A stretch of 64,000 nt of DNA, from positions 164,345,413 through 164,409,412 of the forward strand of contig NC_068982.1 of assembly GCF_001194135.2 (NCBI RefSeq). The letters are read 5' to 3'. Position numbers and translations under genes: made by a program. Source of the stretch: Octopus bimaculoides. Lineage: Eukaryota. Below the pieces are notes generated by a model, which was given only the letters and a program-made list of their open reading frames with translations, was not told where the DNA came from and made no database searches. Positions 1-12,307 of this stretch are shown one piece after another; position 1 is the first letter of the stretch, and each line of letters begins with the position of its first letter.

Positions 1-216
1 TTTTTTTATATATTATTGTTTTATATATTATTTTCTTCATTGTACTTCTTTGTAAAAAAAACATCTTCATTCTCCTTCTTGATAATTTGCTACTTCGCAA
101 TGAAAACCGGTTAGAAAAAATCTTTATTAAAATATGCTTCCAGTTCAGCATTCTGGCTTTTTTTCATTTTCCTATTATTTCTCTACGTGCGGTTAACACA
201 ACCCCACTATTTACTG

Positions 217-269
<53 letters not shown>

Positions 270-878
270 TATGTATATTGCATGTATATAGACACGCATG
301 TGTATGCGTGTTTAAGTGCTAAGCTGCGAGCTTATACACCAAGCAGTATAGGAATGTACATACGAATAATATTCACATATAAATACATGTCTCTTACGTG
401 TATAAAATTTACACACAGTTACATATGCTGATACACACTCTAACGCATGCATATACATACCTTCCAAAGAAGCACATACCTTTAATGAAGCTAGCATATA
501 TACAAAAATTTATTCATAAAGTAGGAACTAAATGATTATGAAAAAACAACATTCGTAAAGTATAAACATTACCAGTTGTAATCCAATTTAATACCGCATC
601 GCAGAATGATTTCCAATATTTTATTTAAAATTTCTATCATTTGACATTGTTAAGATGCCATTGATGAGACTACACGCTAACATTCCTTGCACAAATAGCC
701 ATTCACTGTTAGTGAATTACGTGTCATTAGCGAAGCAGTTTTAATTTGTCTGTAGACAATAAACGTCTTATTAATTGCAAAAACGTCAGAAAGGTATTCG
801 TTATTTTTATATATAAGATTGGTGCGTGTATATATGCACATATATATGTGTACATATACAGTCATTTATATATATATA

Positions 879-1450
879 NNNNNNNNNNNNNNNNNNNNNN
901 NNNNNNNNNNNNNNNNNNNNNNNNNNNNNNNNNNNNNNNNNNNNNNNNNNNNNNNNNNNNNNNNNNNNNNNNNNNNNNNNNNNNNNNNNNNNNNNNNNNN
1001 NNNNNNNNNNNNNNNNNNNNNNNNNNNNNNNNNNNNNNNNNNNNNNNNNNNNNNNNNNNNNNNNNNNNNNNNNNNNNNNNNNNNNNNNNNNNNNNNNNNN
1101 NNNNNNNNNNNNNNNNNNNNNNNNNNNNNNNNNNNNNNNNNNNNNNNNNNNNNNNNNNNNNNNNNNNNNNNNNNNNNNNNNNNNNNNNNNNNNNNNNNNN
1201 NNNNNNNNNNNNNNNNNNNNNNNNNNNNNNNNNNNNNNNNNNNNNNNNNNNNNNNNNNNNNNNNNNNNNNNNNNNNNNNNNNNNNNNNNNNNNNNNNNNN
1301 NNNNNNNNNNNNNNNNNNNNNNNNNNNNNNNNNNNNNNNNNNNNNNNNNNNNNNNNNNNNNNNNNNNNNNNNNNNNNNNNNNNNNNNNNNNNNNNNNNNN
1401 NNNNNNNNNNNNNNNNNNNNNNNNNNNNNNNNNNNNNNNNNNNNNNNNNN
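879..1450. other. Assembly gap (N-run) flanked by (TA)n
   Basis: Run of N with (TA)n on both sides. Similar gaps at about 14941-15179, 20268-20402, 21438-22095, 28446-28910, 36524-36819, 42193-42648, 46306-46521, 58747-58950 and 60432-60858, plus 10-N gaps at 6711 and 34661. Confidence 0.98.
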
Positions 1451-1491
<41 letters not shown>

Positions 1492-1557
1492 TGTGTGTGT
1501 GAGTGTGTGTGTGTGTGCGTGTGCGTGCATGTGTGTGTGTGTGTGTGTGTGTGTGTG
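1451..1557. repeat. (TA)n/(TG)n compound microsatellite
   Basis: Seen directly. Comparable dinucleotide tracts at about 219-272, 4230-4262, 6624-6710, 12220-12370, 19484-19562, 25600-25690, 36435-36523, 44660-44905, 54040-54115 and 54620-54840. Confidence 0.95.
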
Positions 1558-2914
1558 ACTAAGTGATTTATAATTCTAATACATAATATACTTTGATAAA
1601 AATATATTTTATTAACACATTTCAATATCCGATTTTAATATGAAAATAAGAAAAATATTCCAATGGAAATATTTTATAATCAGAGATATTTTAATTAAAA
1701 AAACCTTGTCTTTCATATCAGAAACGATAAGAAGTATGGAAAATTTGTAGTATCTAACTCAAAACAAATTATGATTTTCTTTTTGCTTTATGCATTTTAT
1801 TCACGATATACACTGCAAGTTTATTCTACTCAAATGTAATATATGTCCCCCCTTTGGTTTGTAATCATGAAATACTTCACTTCTTCATTCCTTCTTATCC
1901 CGTGGGTAGACAGATTCATACATGGCACTACATCTTATAGATATCTATATTGCATTCAAAGTCAAGTTCAACTCACAAACATGCATTGCTTTCATCGAAT
2001 GTCATACCCAAACGGATTTCATTATTGAAAATGCATTCTGTCGCAATATCTCTTCGAATTCCCCAACTGTAGTAGATAGAAGAGACGTGGTGAAATGCAG
2101 GAAGTCAAATGGATGTATAATATAATTTGTTTGCATGATTTCTTGATATCAAAGTGATTTGGGCGCATTAGAAATATGTCAAGAGGAAACATTAGCTGCT
2201 CTGTTTTATCGTGAAGATTTCTTTCAAAATAGAATGCAACGTACTATAAAAAATATCCTTTGTGTTATAGTAATCTTAATAAATGAGAATGATACCGTAA
2301 ATATTCAACGGTATGAAAATGATGCTGAATATTTGCCCCGTGATTAAGTAAGCTACTCAGTATAACACGAACTGTCATGATTGTCTTTCGACTTTTGGTG
2401 TTTTCTATTTGGAGCGATTTGTATCAAAAACTGAATGAATTGGTAAAAGCACTCTTTGGCTGTGTTTGCACATGGGAAAAGTTGCTTTCTTCTATATGAA
2501 CATTCACTGTATAACACTTTCCCCCCTAGTACCGTTCGTGAGATACACTGTAGGTACTGTAATTTGCAAGTGCATGAAAAATTTTTGAATTTGATAAATT
2601 ACAATATTTATGATATTGTTGCATATTTTAAAGCATTTGCGCGTGCGGAAGAGGAAGCCACAGAAAAAGAAAACTTGTCTAAGTCGTATTTTCGAGTAAT
2701 TTCATCAGTTATTTAAAAGCTACCAGAAGACGATGCAATGAAAACTGAATTTTATAGCTAAGTAGCAATGCACACCGGCGTTTCCCAGGTGTTATGACCT
2801 ACGACTACGTTGTATTATTTGTTCCTTTCTTATGGGAATGATCGGCACACGAGGAGTACGAAGCTTATAACTCTTCTTTATAAACATGTTAATCGGCCAT
2901 TTTCTGATGAACAA

Positions 2915-3058
2915 CGCTGCAGTTTCCGTCTACCAAATTCCGTCATAGTTTCTGGTTGGCCTAGGAATATAGTAGAAAACACTTGTCCAAGGTACCATAC
3001 AGAGAGACTGAATGTGGAACCATGTTGGGAAGCAAACGACTCAACCACACAATCAATC
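2915..3058 (-). mobile_element. Degraded tRNA-derived SINE, 5' part
   Basis: The minus strand reads tgtgtggttgagtcgtttgcttcccaacatggttcc...accttggacaagtgttttctactata...tttggtagacggaaactg. This is a tRNA-like head followed by a body I recognise as a common octopus SINE. Confidence 0.6.
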
Positions 3059-3382
3059 TTGCACCTAATGTGTGTGCTAACATTTGTTGTTAAATCGAGT
3101 ATTGTGTCCCACTATGTCTCAAAATAAGCAATTCATCAAGGAGAGATCGATAAAATAATTACCAGATTAAAATACGTACTGAGGTCAGTGTGATCAATTA
3201 AATGTTTGAAGGTGATACCCCATAATGGCGAAAGTCGAAAGACTAAAGCCAGTAAAATAATGTTTAAAGACTTAACGGCTTCAAATAGTAAGGTAGTGGA
3301 TTACTAACCATAAGATAATGAGTTCAAAACTTCGTATTGAACTTCCACTCTATACGATAACAATATATGTACATCTCAATCT

Positions 3383-3768
3383 GGAGGCGCAATAGCCCAG
3401 TGGTTAGGGCTGCGGACTCGCGGTCATAGGATCGCGGTTTCGATTCTCAGACCGGGCGTTGTGAGTGTTTATTGAGCGAAAACACCTAAAGCTCCACGAG
3501 GCTCCGGCAGGGGATGGTGGTGAACCCTGCTGTACTCTTTCACCACAACTTTCTCTCACTCTTACTTCCTGTTTCTGTTGTGCCTGTAATTCAAAGTGTC
3601 AGCCTTGTCACACTCTGTGTCACGCTGAATATCGCCGAGAACTACGTTTAGGGTACACGTGTCTGGGGAGTGCTCAGCCACTTGCACGTTAATTTCACTA
3701 GCAGGCTGTTCCGTTGATCGGATCAACTGGAACCCTCGACGTCCTAAGCGACGGAGTGCCAACAACAA
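3383..3768 (+). mobile_element. Near full-length tRNA-derived SINE
   Basis: A-box TAGCCCAGTGG at 3393, B-box-like GGTTTCGATTCTC at about 3436, about 385 bp long, (CAA)n-type tail acggagtgccaacaacaa. Confidence 0.85.
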
Positions 3769-4229
3769 ACGTCTCAATCTAATTGACTTCCAACAATTAA
3801 AAATTATAATTTGAAGTTGAATGGTTAAAAGGTAAGAAATATTTCCAGATTAAAAAAAAAATTATTGTGCAAAACATTCTGAGAAAAAAGTATTTTTTTC
3901 ACCACAACAAGACATACAGAAATGTATGTGTGGTAATTTGAGCTGCTACAAATATCAGCCAAATCTCTCTTAAAAGACACTCTTTCATCAAAAGAAAGGC
4001 ACAGATTTACAGTATTTCAGAAAAAAAAACCCATAAATATTGTTCAGGCAGAGTTGTCTACCCTTAACTAAAGACCACTTAATTGGTTGACCAGACTTCG
4101 TCTCCGAGGTTATTTTTGTAGTAAAAAGGAATTGTGCAAAAAATGTAATTCATTTGGTGCTCGAAAGATTACTGAATCATTTGATACCTCTCAAATCAAA
4201 TTCAGCTACTCAGGTTTGGAATCCATAAG

Positions 4230-4264
<35 letters not shown>

Positions 4265-4736
4265 TTCTGTATTATATGTCAAGATGAATAAGTAGAAGCG
4301 TGTTTTTTTTTCTTTTTCCATTTTTCGATGCTTTGTGGAGACAGAAGATATGGTTGCAGTGTTATAATATTTTACACCAGTTATTTTGATGTCCATTCAC
4401 AAATTTTCCGCACTACACCCATCACGAAATCTAAAATCGGGAAAAAACGCTCCACTCTAATATATATATATATTATCAATCTATCTATCTGCTTGTGTCT
4501 CTAAGTATGTATATATGATTTGTGCGTATATGTTATACCCATATTTGTCCTAAAGTCTTACTGAAATTTGGTAAAGCATGAATTAATTAAATGAATCTAT
4601 TAGTAAATATTGTAATCTTGGTAGGTCCTCTTTATTGTGGCTTTATTTTATTTTCAAAGATATCTTTATTTGCGCTCATATTAGTACTTTGAATGGAGCA
4701 AGGTTATCACGATACAGTGTGTATATGATTTTATAG

Positions 4737-4880
4737 GCTCTATTTGTGGATGTGGCTGCTAGCGGAAAATGTCTAGGTTGTTGGTTTCATGACATTTATA
4801 CAGAAATAAATAGTGCATGCCATGTTTATGAATATATAAACAAAGAACCACTTTGTGCAATACCTGAAAAGAAGACCATG
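4737..4880 (+). CDS. Candidate isolated internal exon, Cys-containing peptide of unknown identity
   Basis: Acceptor gattttatag, then 144 nt open in phase 0 (ALFVDVAASGKCLGCWFHDIYTEINSACHVYEYINKEPLCAIPEKKTM), then a weak donor ATG|GTATAC. No homology recognised. Confidence 0.2.
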
Positions 4881-5829
4881 GTATACTTGACTGCAAAATG
4901 CCCATAACATTATTCATCGGGTAGCGTCAAAGAATAAAGTTCAAAGGGGATTGGTTGTTTATGTGGTTGCACATTATCTTAAAAGATTTGTGATGCGAAA
5001 GATAATACCATTTCTAGCTAAGATAGAAGTGGCCCTTATTGTCAGTGTGACATACGCTCTTGTTTTGATACATTGTAAACATTGTAATAAAAAGATGCAG
5101 AAAGAGAGAATGGATGGGAGAGTTTAAAAGAGTAAATGTGAAAGATGTACTGAGAAATAAACTGAAGTGGAATTCAATCACTCAGTTTCCTAAGATACAA
5201 GACATGCAAGAAAAAGAAAATGCTTCCTTCACAGATCTTCTTGACTGAAATAATTGGACTCGATTTTACACAATAAAAATCTGACCATGCAAAAGTTTTA
5301 AAGTTTGGACGCATAAGATAATATAGCCGTTGTGCTAGCAGCGCGAATTCATAAGCAAAACGTGAACGTAGCTACGTAACTTTCTTTTGATTATTGAGCC
5401 AACTTGACAGATCCATAGCAGCAAAGAACATCCGGTAAAATTCCAAAAGGTTATGTTTGCAAGGAGCCAAAGAAAAAGAAAAAAAAGCTATCGTGTATTT
5501 GGAGGGTAAAGAGTTTCCAGACTGTACAATTTACGTGGGTTAAGGTTCTTCATTTGTATTCAGTATTAGTAACTGCAGCTTCTACGAGTGAGCTCCTTTG
5601 AAAATCCGGAGTCATGGGCTATAATTGTGGAAGAATATGGAAAAACTACCTAAATATATTACTCTCGGATGAATTAAAAAGAAAGCACAGTTTATTACCA
5701 AGGGTAATATGGTTACAGTTCAGAGAATTTCAGATAATTAAGTTAAAATACCATTGGTTTGGAGTGGTAAAAGGGCAGTTTAATGCAGGGTTCATGTCTT
5801 GACGACAGAATAAATGTGGTTTAAAGTAG

Positions 5830-6005
5830 GAAACTGATGCATAAAATTTTGGAAATACTGCGTGTCGATCAGAGTTACAAATATGTTAGAATCCTAACTT
5901 CAGTAGTTCACTATGATATAAACTATTTAGAAAGTATCGATGTGAGTAGAGTGCCAGAAATAAGTGGATATTCAATACAGTCAGAGACATATGTACGGGA
6001 TTGAA
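5830..6005 (+). mobile_element. Possible CR1/L2-type LINE 3' relic
   Basis: The frame reads ...VVHYDINYLESIDVSRVPEISGYS..., loosely resembling the CR1 C-terminal HYKKDIxxLExVQRRATKxVPEL motif. Confidence 0.25.
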
Positions 6006-6644
6006 ATCCAAAGATAAAAGTTTCTTCTTGCGCTGCAAATACACAGTTAGAAACAGCATTTTCTATTCAAGTTTATAATATCTCGAACTTGCAGGGGAAC
6101 ATAATTTTTAATATCAATTTACTCTGCACCAACGTCTAAGCCCCGTACGCAAATGACTGAAGACTATACATATGCACACGGTGGAAACGCGTAACGCCTT
6201 CATGCAGGCATTAGGAATCAGAACAAATGATACGAATTGATATCAATATACAGAGATGAAAATAAGAGTCTTCGGGTGTAGTTTCAGTTTTAAACACGAT
6301 ATCCTCCACCGTAGTAGAAACTTTTATCTTTGGCTTTCAATTCCGTACGTATGTCTGACTGTATTGAATATCCACTTATTTCTGGTACTCTACTCACATC
6401 GATACTATCTACATAGTTTATATAATACTGAACTACTATAAGTCTCGATCATCACATTTTTCAAACATGTCAGTACTCCCTACCAAGTTGCTGCCTTCAC
6501 TAACTACAAACTAACCGCTAGCAACACCAGCGGCATATAATTCTATCTAATTCTATATTACAAGACATTTCATTAGTTGTATACAACATTCTAAATAGTG
6601 GTGGATTGACACCTCACTAACAGTGTGTGTGTGTATGTGTGTGC

Positions 6645-6710
<66 letters not shown>

Positions 6711-7981
6711 NNNNNNNNNNGTGTAATGGAAATTTATCTATGCGTTATTAGAAGTTTAACATTGTTTGTCGATGCTTCGTTTTCTAGATTAAAATGTGTC
6801 AGCGATTCCATATTACAATAAGGCCTTTTCATAGGTTTTTTTTTCTTATCAGATTTTCGTCGAGTAATAGTAAGAAAAATATTTCAGTCGTTCTTTGACC
6901 TTAACTTTCTTTCTTTGATATTAAACTGACACATACATACACACACATGAAAAGAAATGTTAAGAAAACTTCTAACAAAATAAATAACTAAATAAATAAA
7001 TAAATAAATAAATAAGAATACAAAATAAAAGAAATTTCGAAGTGCTTCGAAGATTTTATTTTCCTCTTTTCGATTTGCTTGACTTTGAAACTTTCCTCGT
7101 TTATTTTTTAACTTATGTGTCATATCTGGAAGGTGTTATTGATTTTTCACCGAAGCAAATTTTCACCTAGTCTTCGCTAATCTATTTTCACAGCCTTCAT
7201 TAAACTATTTTCGCGCCTTCTTGTATATCACAGATAGTTTGTAACTGTTTCAATCGACAAGCAGGCGAGTTAAATATCAACATACGGATTGCCTTATAGA
7301 GAAATGATACCAAAGGAAAGTTTGAAAATGATTGCTGGTTATTTATACAGGTGATGATTATTCTATACTAATAATAGTCGTATAAAGAAACATAAAATTG
7401 TGATTAGTTTTAAAACACCAGGAATAATGTGTTAACTTTTGGTTTCTCTCTCAAATATCCTTTACAATATTGTAATGATATGCAACAGCTTGAAGTCGAA
7501 ATATTTCAAAAAGGTATTAATAGAAAACATGAAGCTCAAAAATCTCATTAATCGAAAGTAGAAACACCTACCTAAAGTGAAGTCATCTCAAGCATAACAT
7601 TCTTCAAAATTAATATTTCGTTTGTCTGTACACAAATGTCTCATGCTGCAGACAAGTATTTGTTTTATTATGGATGTGATATCACTCGGTTCTTCAAGCC
7701 TATTGTTTTACATATCATTCGAAGAAATAAATGGGTATTGTCAAGTTCTACTCAAAGAATGTAAAGTGCGTAAAATCAAATCATGTCTTGTATGGGAGTG
7801 TCTACAAGATAAGTTCCAGAAGATTTTAAATATCATTGTGATAACAGGTATAATAGATGTATATCTGTTCTCACTACTTCATGTAGTATTAATCTTCCCT
7901 TCCTTGGACTTCACAACAGTGCTTTTGTTTATATATAGCTACCTTGACACAGACACAGATATACACACGCGCGCGCGTATA

Positions 7982-8202
7982 TACGTGGTAGTACCGATAA
8001 GTTCCTGGCTTTAAGGGTATCACAAAAGGCCTGCTTGGAAGCCCAACCTTCTGAGTTCGTTTACAGGGCTTAGAAAATCTGAAGGAGTACTGCAATAAAT
8101 GTGTGAATCTGAGACGGGAATGTGTTGAATAAAATCGTAATTAACTGATTCTCCTGTATTTACTTTTACCCAAAGCCAAGAGTTTTTCAGTATTCTCTCG
8201 TA
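7982..8202. mobile_element. Mariner-derived MITE
   Basis: Imperfect TIRs of about 35 bp (tacgtggtagtaccgataagttcctggctttaagggta / tacccaaagccaagagtttttcagtattctctcgta) with TA at both ends. About 220 bp, non-coding. Confidence 0.75.
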
Positions 8203-8224
8203 TATGTGTATACACACTAGATAT

Positions 8225-8677
8225 ACTTGGCAATTTTTGTATTCAACCCCTCAACATTAGTAACGCAAATGTAGCTGTCAGTAGAATGGCTGCCTTTTAC
8301 ACGCCATGCTGTTGGAGTGGCAAGTGTCTTTTGCCTCAGGTTACCACTGGACCACATGTAAAGTCGATTACTTCAAACTTTCCACATAATATGTGGAGCA
8401 AAACATTTATCCTGGTCTCCAAGTTTCATTTTGAAGTAATCCTTCTATTTTGTTTGTATGAGTAGCATGACGTTTAGTCCTCGAAAACATTGCCTGCAGA
8501 TGTTGTAAAAGTGATCTGGGTCATTGCGACTTACACGTCATCAAGCCATACATATTGAAGCAAATTGAAGTGGAGAAATAAAAAGCAAACACTGCAGTCC
8601 ACAGTAAACAAAGCAATTACCAATTTGATGCAAGTCCCAATAACATCCGAAACAGGCATTTAAATCATTGATCAGTG
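8225..8677 (-). mobile_element. Chapaev3-like (CMC superfamily) transposase N-terminal zinc-finger relic
   Basis: The minus strand translates with stops as CRNDPDHFYNICRQC...DYFKMKLGDQDKCFAPHI...W..G...PTAWR...HSTDSYIC..NVEGLNTK. This matches the CxNxPDxFCYICG / LGDQDKxWAPH / PMVWRE..H..DCYFC pattern. Possible 5' end CACTG at 8677. Confidence 0.6.
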
Positions 8678-9477
8678 TTGTAAAAATTAGACACGATCCA
8701 ACATGTGTTATATGTGTTACTTTTACAGTTATCTCATTAAAGTTTGTAACAAAAAAACTAAAGCATCTTTAAAAGACAAATAGTAACACTTGACGTATTG
8801 CATACCATATTAAATTTCAGTAAATTTGGTAATATGTGGGTGTCTTCTAGATCAAACTTTACACGTGATGCTGCAATCCTAATTTCATATTCAGAAAGAG
8901 ATCCTTGAAATTACCTAGAGTCACTCTCTTCGCTAATTTTTTTTATTTTGTCATACAATGTAATTGTTTCTTTATTGTTGACGAGATCCTGCAAAAGACA
9001 AATACAGAATAGATGGGTTTAGAAAAAAAATCTAGTCCAGGGGAAGGAAGTAAATCAACAGATAACTATATAAAGGAAAGAAAAAGTTGCGATTAGGGTT
9101 GATAGTTACTTAGAGGGAATCAAAGAACTGTAGTGATCCAGTATTAAATTGACCATTAAGGGCAAGTAGTTCCTCTCAGCTGTCATTCTCTGAAGCGACT
9201 CGGCTGAAGAAAAAAGACTAGGTATTTGAATCACATCCACACTATGGGAATCTCCTAGAAGGCCGTCATTTTTTTCCATAAAAAGAGTCGGAGTTTTCGA
9301 CCTATACAGCGGTGTGCGAATGTCGGTGTTGTAGATGAAAGGTAATACCTTTATTATTATTATTATTTGGCCACAAATCACGTAGCCATCTTGAAAAGAA
9401 AAACACCAATCGTACACGGAGACAACAAGCAAAAATCACTCAGGTATCTTACATCAACACTAGTAAAGATATTGGTA

Positions 9478-9579
9478 ATGATAATAATAATGATGATGAT
9501 GATGATGATGACGATGATAATAGTAATGATGATGATAATAATGATGATAATAATGCTGATGATGATGATGATGATGATG

Positions 9580-9650
<71 letters not shown>

Positions 9651-9735
9651 AAGAAGAAGAAGAAGAAGAAGAAGAAGAAGAAGAAGAAGAAGAAGAAGAA
9701 GAAGAAGAAGAAGAAGAAGAAGAAGAAGAAGAAGA
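9478..9735. repeat. Compound trinucleotide microsatellite (ATG/ATA)n-(AAT)n-(AGA)n
   Basis: Seen directly. It is the source of the poly-M/I/R and poly-L/F track ORFs. Confidence 0.97.
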
Positions 9736-9882
9736 AATATAGAGAAATTAAGACCAACAGGCCGGATATAGTACATAGAGAGTTGAGGCCAAAATGCCGG
9801 ATATATTTGTCAGAGATCACCATGAAAAAATTGCTTTCTAATCGAGGCATCAATGCCAACAGATAACAATGTTTCTCTAGGC
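9736..9882 (+). mobile_element. R4/Dong-type restriction-like endonuclease fragment
   Basis: REIKTNRPDIV, a degenerate tandem second copy of that motif, then VRDHHEKNCFLIEASMPTDNNVSL (PD..D/E-type REL motif). Confidence 0.7.
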
Positions 9883-11455
9883 TAGCCAATCAATATAATG
9901 TAGAAAACCCTGTGTTACGAGAGGATATGACTGAGCAACAGAGAAACTTCAGGATAAGACTCGAGGATATAATAATTACAAGAACAGAGACCAAGTCGGT
10001 GAATTTGAGAAGCTGCGTCTGTAACAATGTGAAACGCGCGACCCAAAACGTTGATAAGATTCTGAAATACTTCCTGTCAAAATATTTTACGGGAACAAAG
10101 GACTTGATCAGATCCGTTTCAAGTTTAGTAGGTGAACTCTCTAGAAAGAAAAAAGAGGAAAGTAAACGGACAGAAGGAGCCATGATGGAAGCAGAGAATT
10201 GAAGGCGGTATTAAAACTTTGAGCAAAGATCTGAGTCACATAGAAGTATTGTCCAAAGGCCAAAGGAAACATCCTAAAGAAGGTGCAAGGGCATGTCTTA
10301 ACACAAAATACCAAATAGGAAAGAAAGGGTTCAAAATGGTTATCAAAACCCTAAACCAACGTGTGCGGGCAAGAACGTCAAAGGTGCAACGCTAGACTGA
10401 TCGCATATTGCAGTTCCAGCAAAACTGGCTATTCTCAAATAACCAGAGATAAGTTTTTTTAAGCTCTTAGGAGGAAATAAAACAGGAAACCCACCAATTT
10501 TGGAATAACATCTGGGGGCAAGACGTTTCTCACAACGACGCGGCCGAGTGGATTCATTCTGTGAGATCTGAACTCCATCACTCTGTGGCTCCACGACAGG
10601 ACCGTGTTTGCATAAGAACGGAATATGTAATTGCACAAGTATCAACACTCCCAAACTAGAAAGCAGCAGGACAAGATGGAATTCAAGGTTACTGGCTGAA
10701 GTGGTTTAGGTTAACACACAAGCAAATTGCGTTGCAATTAGACAATTGCCTACAGAACGGTGCATTTCCAGAGTGAATTGTTGAATTAAAGAGAACATTG
10801 TTGATGAAAGATCGGTCAAAGTGCAACCAGGCTGGCAATTACCGATCCATTGCTTATCTAAACCTCCTGTGAAAAGTGTTAATAGGCATCTTCGCAGGGA
10901 AAATATGTACGTCCCTTGTGGAAAACAATCTGCTCCCAGTAGAAAAATGGGATGCCGAAAAGGATCGAAGGACACCAAGGGCCACGTTGTGATAGACAAG
11001 GTTATAATGAAGAACTGTAAACGGCACCAAAAATCTTGTATATGGCCTGGATAGACTTCAAAAAGCCTTACGACATGTTGCCGCATTCGTGGATTTTGGA
11101 AATATTCGACATATGTGGAATAGCTGAGAGTGTGTGTGCACTGAATAAGTACAACATGCCTAGTTGGAAAACATATCTTTTTTCTAACAACCAGCACTTA
11201 ACCGAGGTAACAATCAAAAGTGGCATCTTCCAGGCAGACTCTTGTTCATCTTTGTTATTTGTTATAACCTTGATCCCACTTTCTATAGTCTTAAACAAAG
11301 TCAACTTGTTCTATGAGCTGAGGAAGAATGGACCTCATCTCAACCACCTTCTCGTCATGGATGATTTAAAACTGTTCGCAAAAAACAGAGCCTGAAATGG
11401 AGAGGCTGGTTGAGACTGTAAAATATGCAACAAAGATACCATCGTTACCACACTG
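9883..11455 (+). mobile_element. R4/Dong-clade non-LTR retrotransposon, decayed pre-RT and RT region
   Basis: Frameshifted motifs include PNWKAAGQDGIQGYWLKWF, GNYRSIA, KGCRKGSKDTKGHVVIDKVIMKNCKRH, MAWIDFKKPYDMLPHSW, GIFQADSCSSLLFVI and LNHLLVMDDLKLFAK. Confidence 0.92.
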
Positions 11456-11462
11456 TACAAGA

Positions 11463-11635
11463 TGGTTAGCAGTATTTCCTCCGCCTTTAAGTTCTGAGTT
11501 CAAATGCCACCGAGGTCGGCTTTGCCTTTCATCATTTCGAGGTCGATAAATTAAGTACCAGTGAAACATTGAGGTCGATGTAACCGATTAATCCCCTCCC
11601 ACTAAATCCCAAGTATTGTGCCTTTAGTAGAAAGG

Positions 11636-11694
<59 letters not shown>

Positions 11695-11696
11695 CA
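11463..11696 (+). mobile_element. SINE (Meta/MESC-like central domain) with (ATT)n tail
   Basis: gagttcaaatgccaccgaggtcggctttgcctttcatcatttcgaggtcgataaattaagtaccag...agtagaaaggattattatt. Same family as 14030, 20608 and 29993. The domain name is from memory. Confidence 0.8.
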
Positions 11697-11960
11697 TTTA
11701 AGACGTCGGACAGTATCCAATACCGTGATGTTGTTGATCGAAGATATTGTTTCTACCGGAGGTTTGTACAGTCTGTCAAGTCACAACGACCTCAAAAAGA
11801 CAGTACTTTACACAATATGCGTGCAGTTCCAAGTAATGCCGATTTTTGCAGTACGCCTAGATTGTAAGGTATTTCTAGAGTTTCCCGATTTTTTTTTTTT
11901 TGAGATTGGGTGATATTGAACCCAATGATCCGATGACAATAGGGACAACCTTTATGTTTG
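11697..11960 (-). mobile_element. R4/Dong-type element 3' end (ORF C-terminus plus 3' UTR)
   Basis: The minus strand reads VVPIVIGSLGSISPNL...LEIPYNLGVLQKSALLGTARILCKVLSF*, then a short UTR running straight into (TAA)n. Confidence 0.85.
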
Positions 11961-11979
11961 ACTCTCGTAGCTGTCACAT

Positions 11980-12090
11980 CTATGTATGTATGTATGTATG
12001 TATGTATCTATCTGTCTGTCTGTCTATCTGTCTGTCTGTCTATCTGTCTGTCTTTCTGTCTGTCTGTCTGTCTGTATGTCTGTCTGTCTA
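11980..12090. repeat. (TATG)n/(TCTG/TCTA)n tetranucleotide microsatellite
   Basis: Seen directly. Confidence 0.9.
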
Positions 12091-12221
12091 GCTAGCTATC
12101 TGCATACGTGTGTGCATGCAGCATATTGGACATATTTGAATATTTATGACAACAGTCCTGAAGGCAGATAGAAAAGTAGTACATACACACAGACACACAC
12201 AGATTTTCCCCTCCCGCCATT

Positions 12222-12307
<86 letters not shown>

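Noticed and set aside
1740-2760. Moderately complex sequence with short ORFs on both strands
   Set aside because: No transposase or host-protein motif could be established.
3383-3460. tRNA-like cloverleaf starts here and at 18689 and 44925
   Set aside because: These are SINE or PLE heads with non-pairing acceptor or anticodon stems and attached repeat bodies, not tRNA genes.
6156-6200. CUGAAGA...GAAACGCGUA and a similar relic at 17255-17290
   Set aside because: Too decayed (no stem I, or core deleted) to call as features. They are only mentioned as weak relics.
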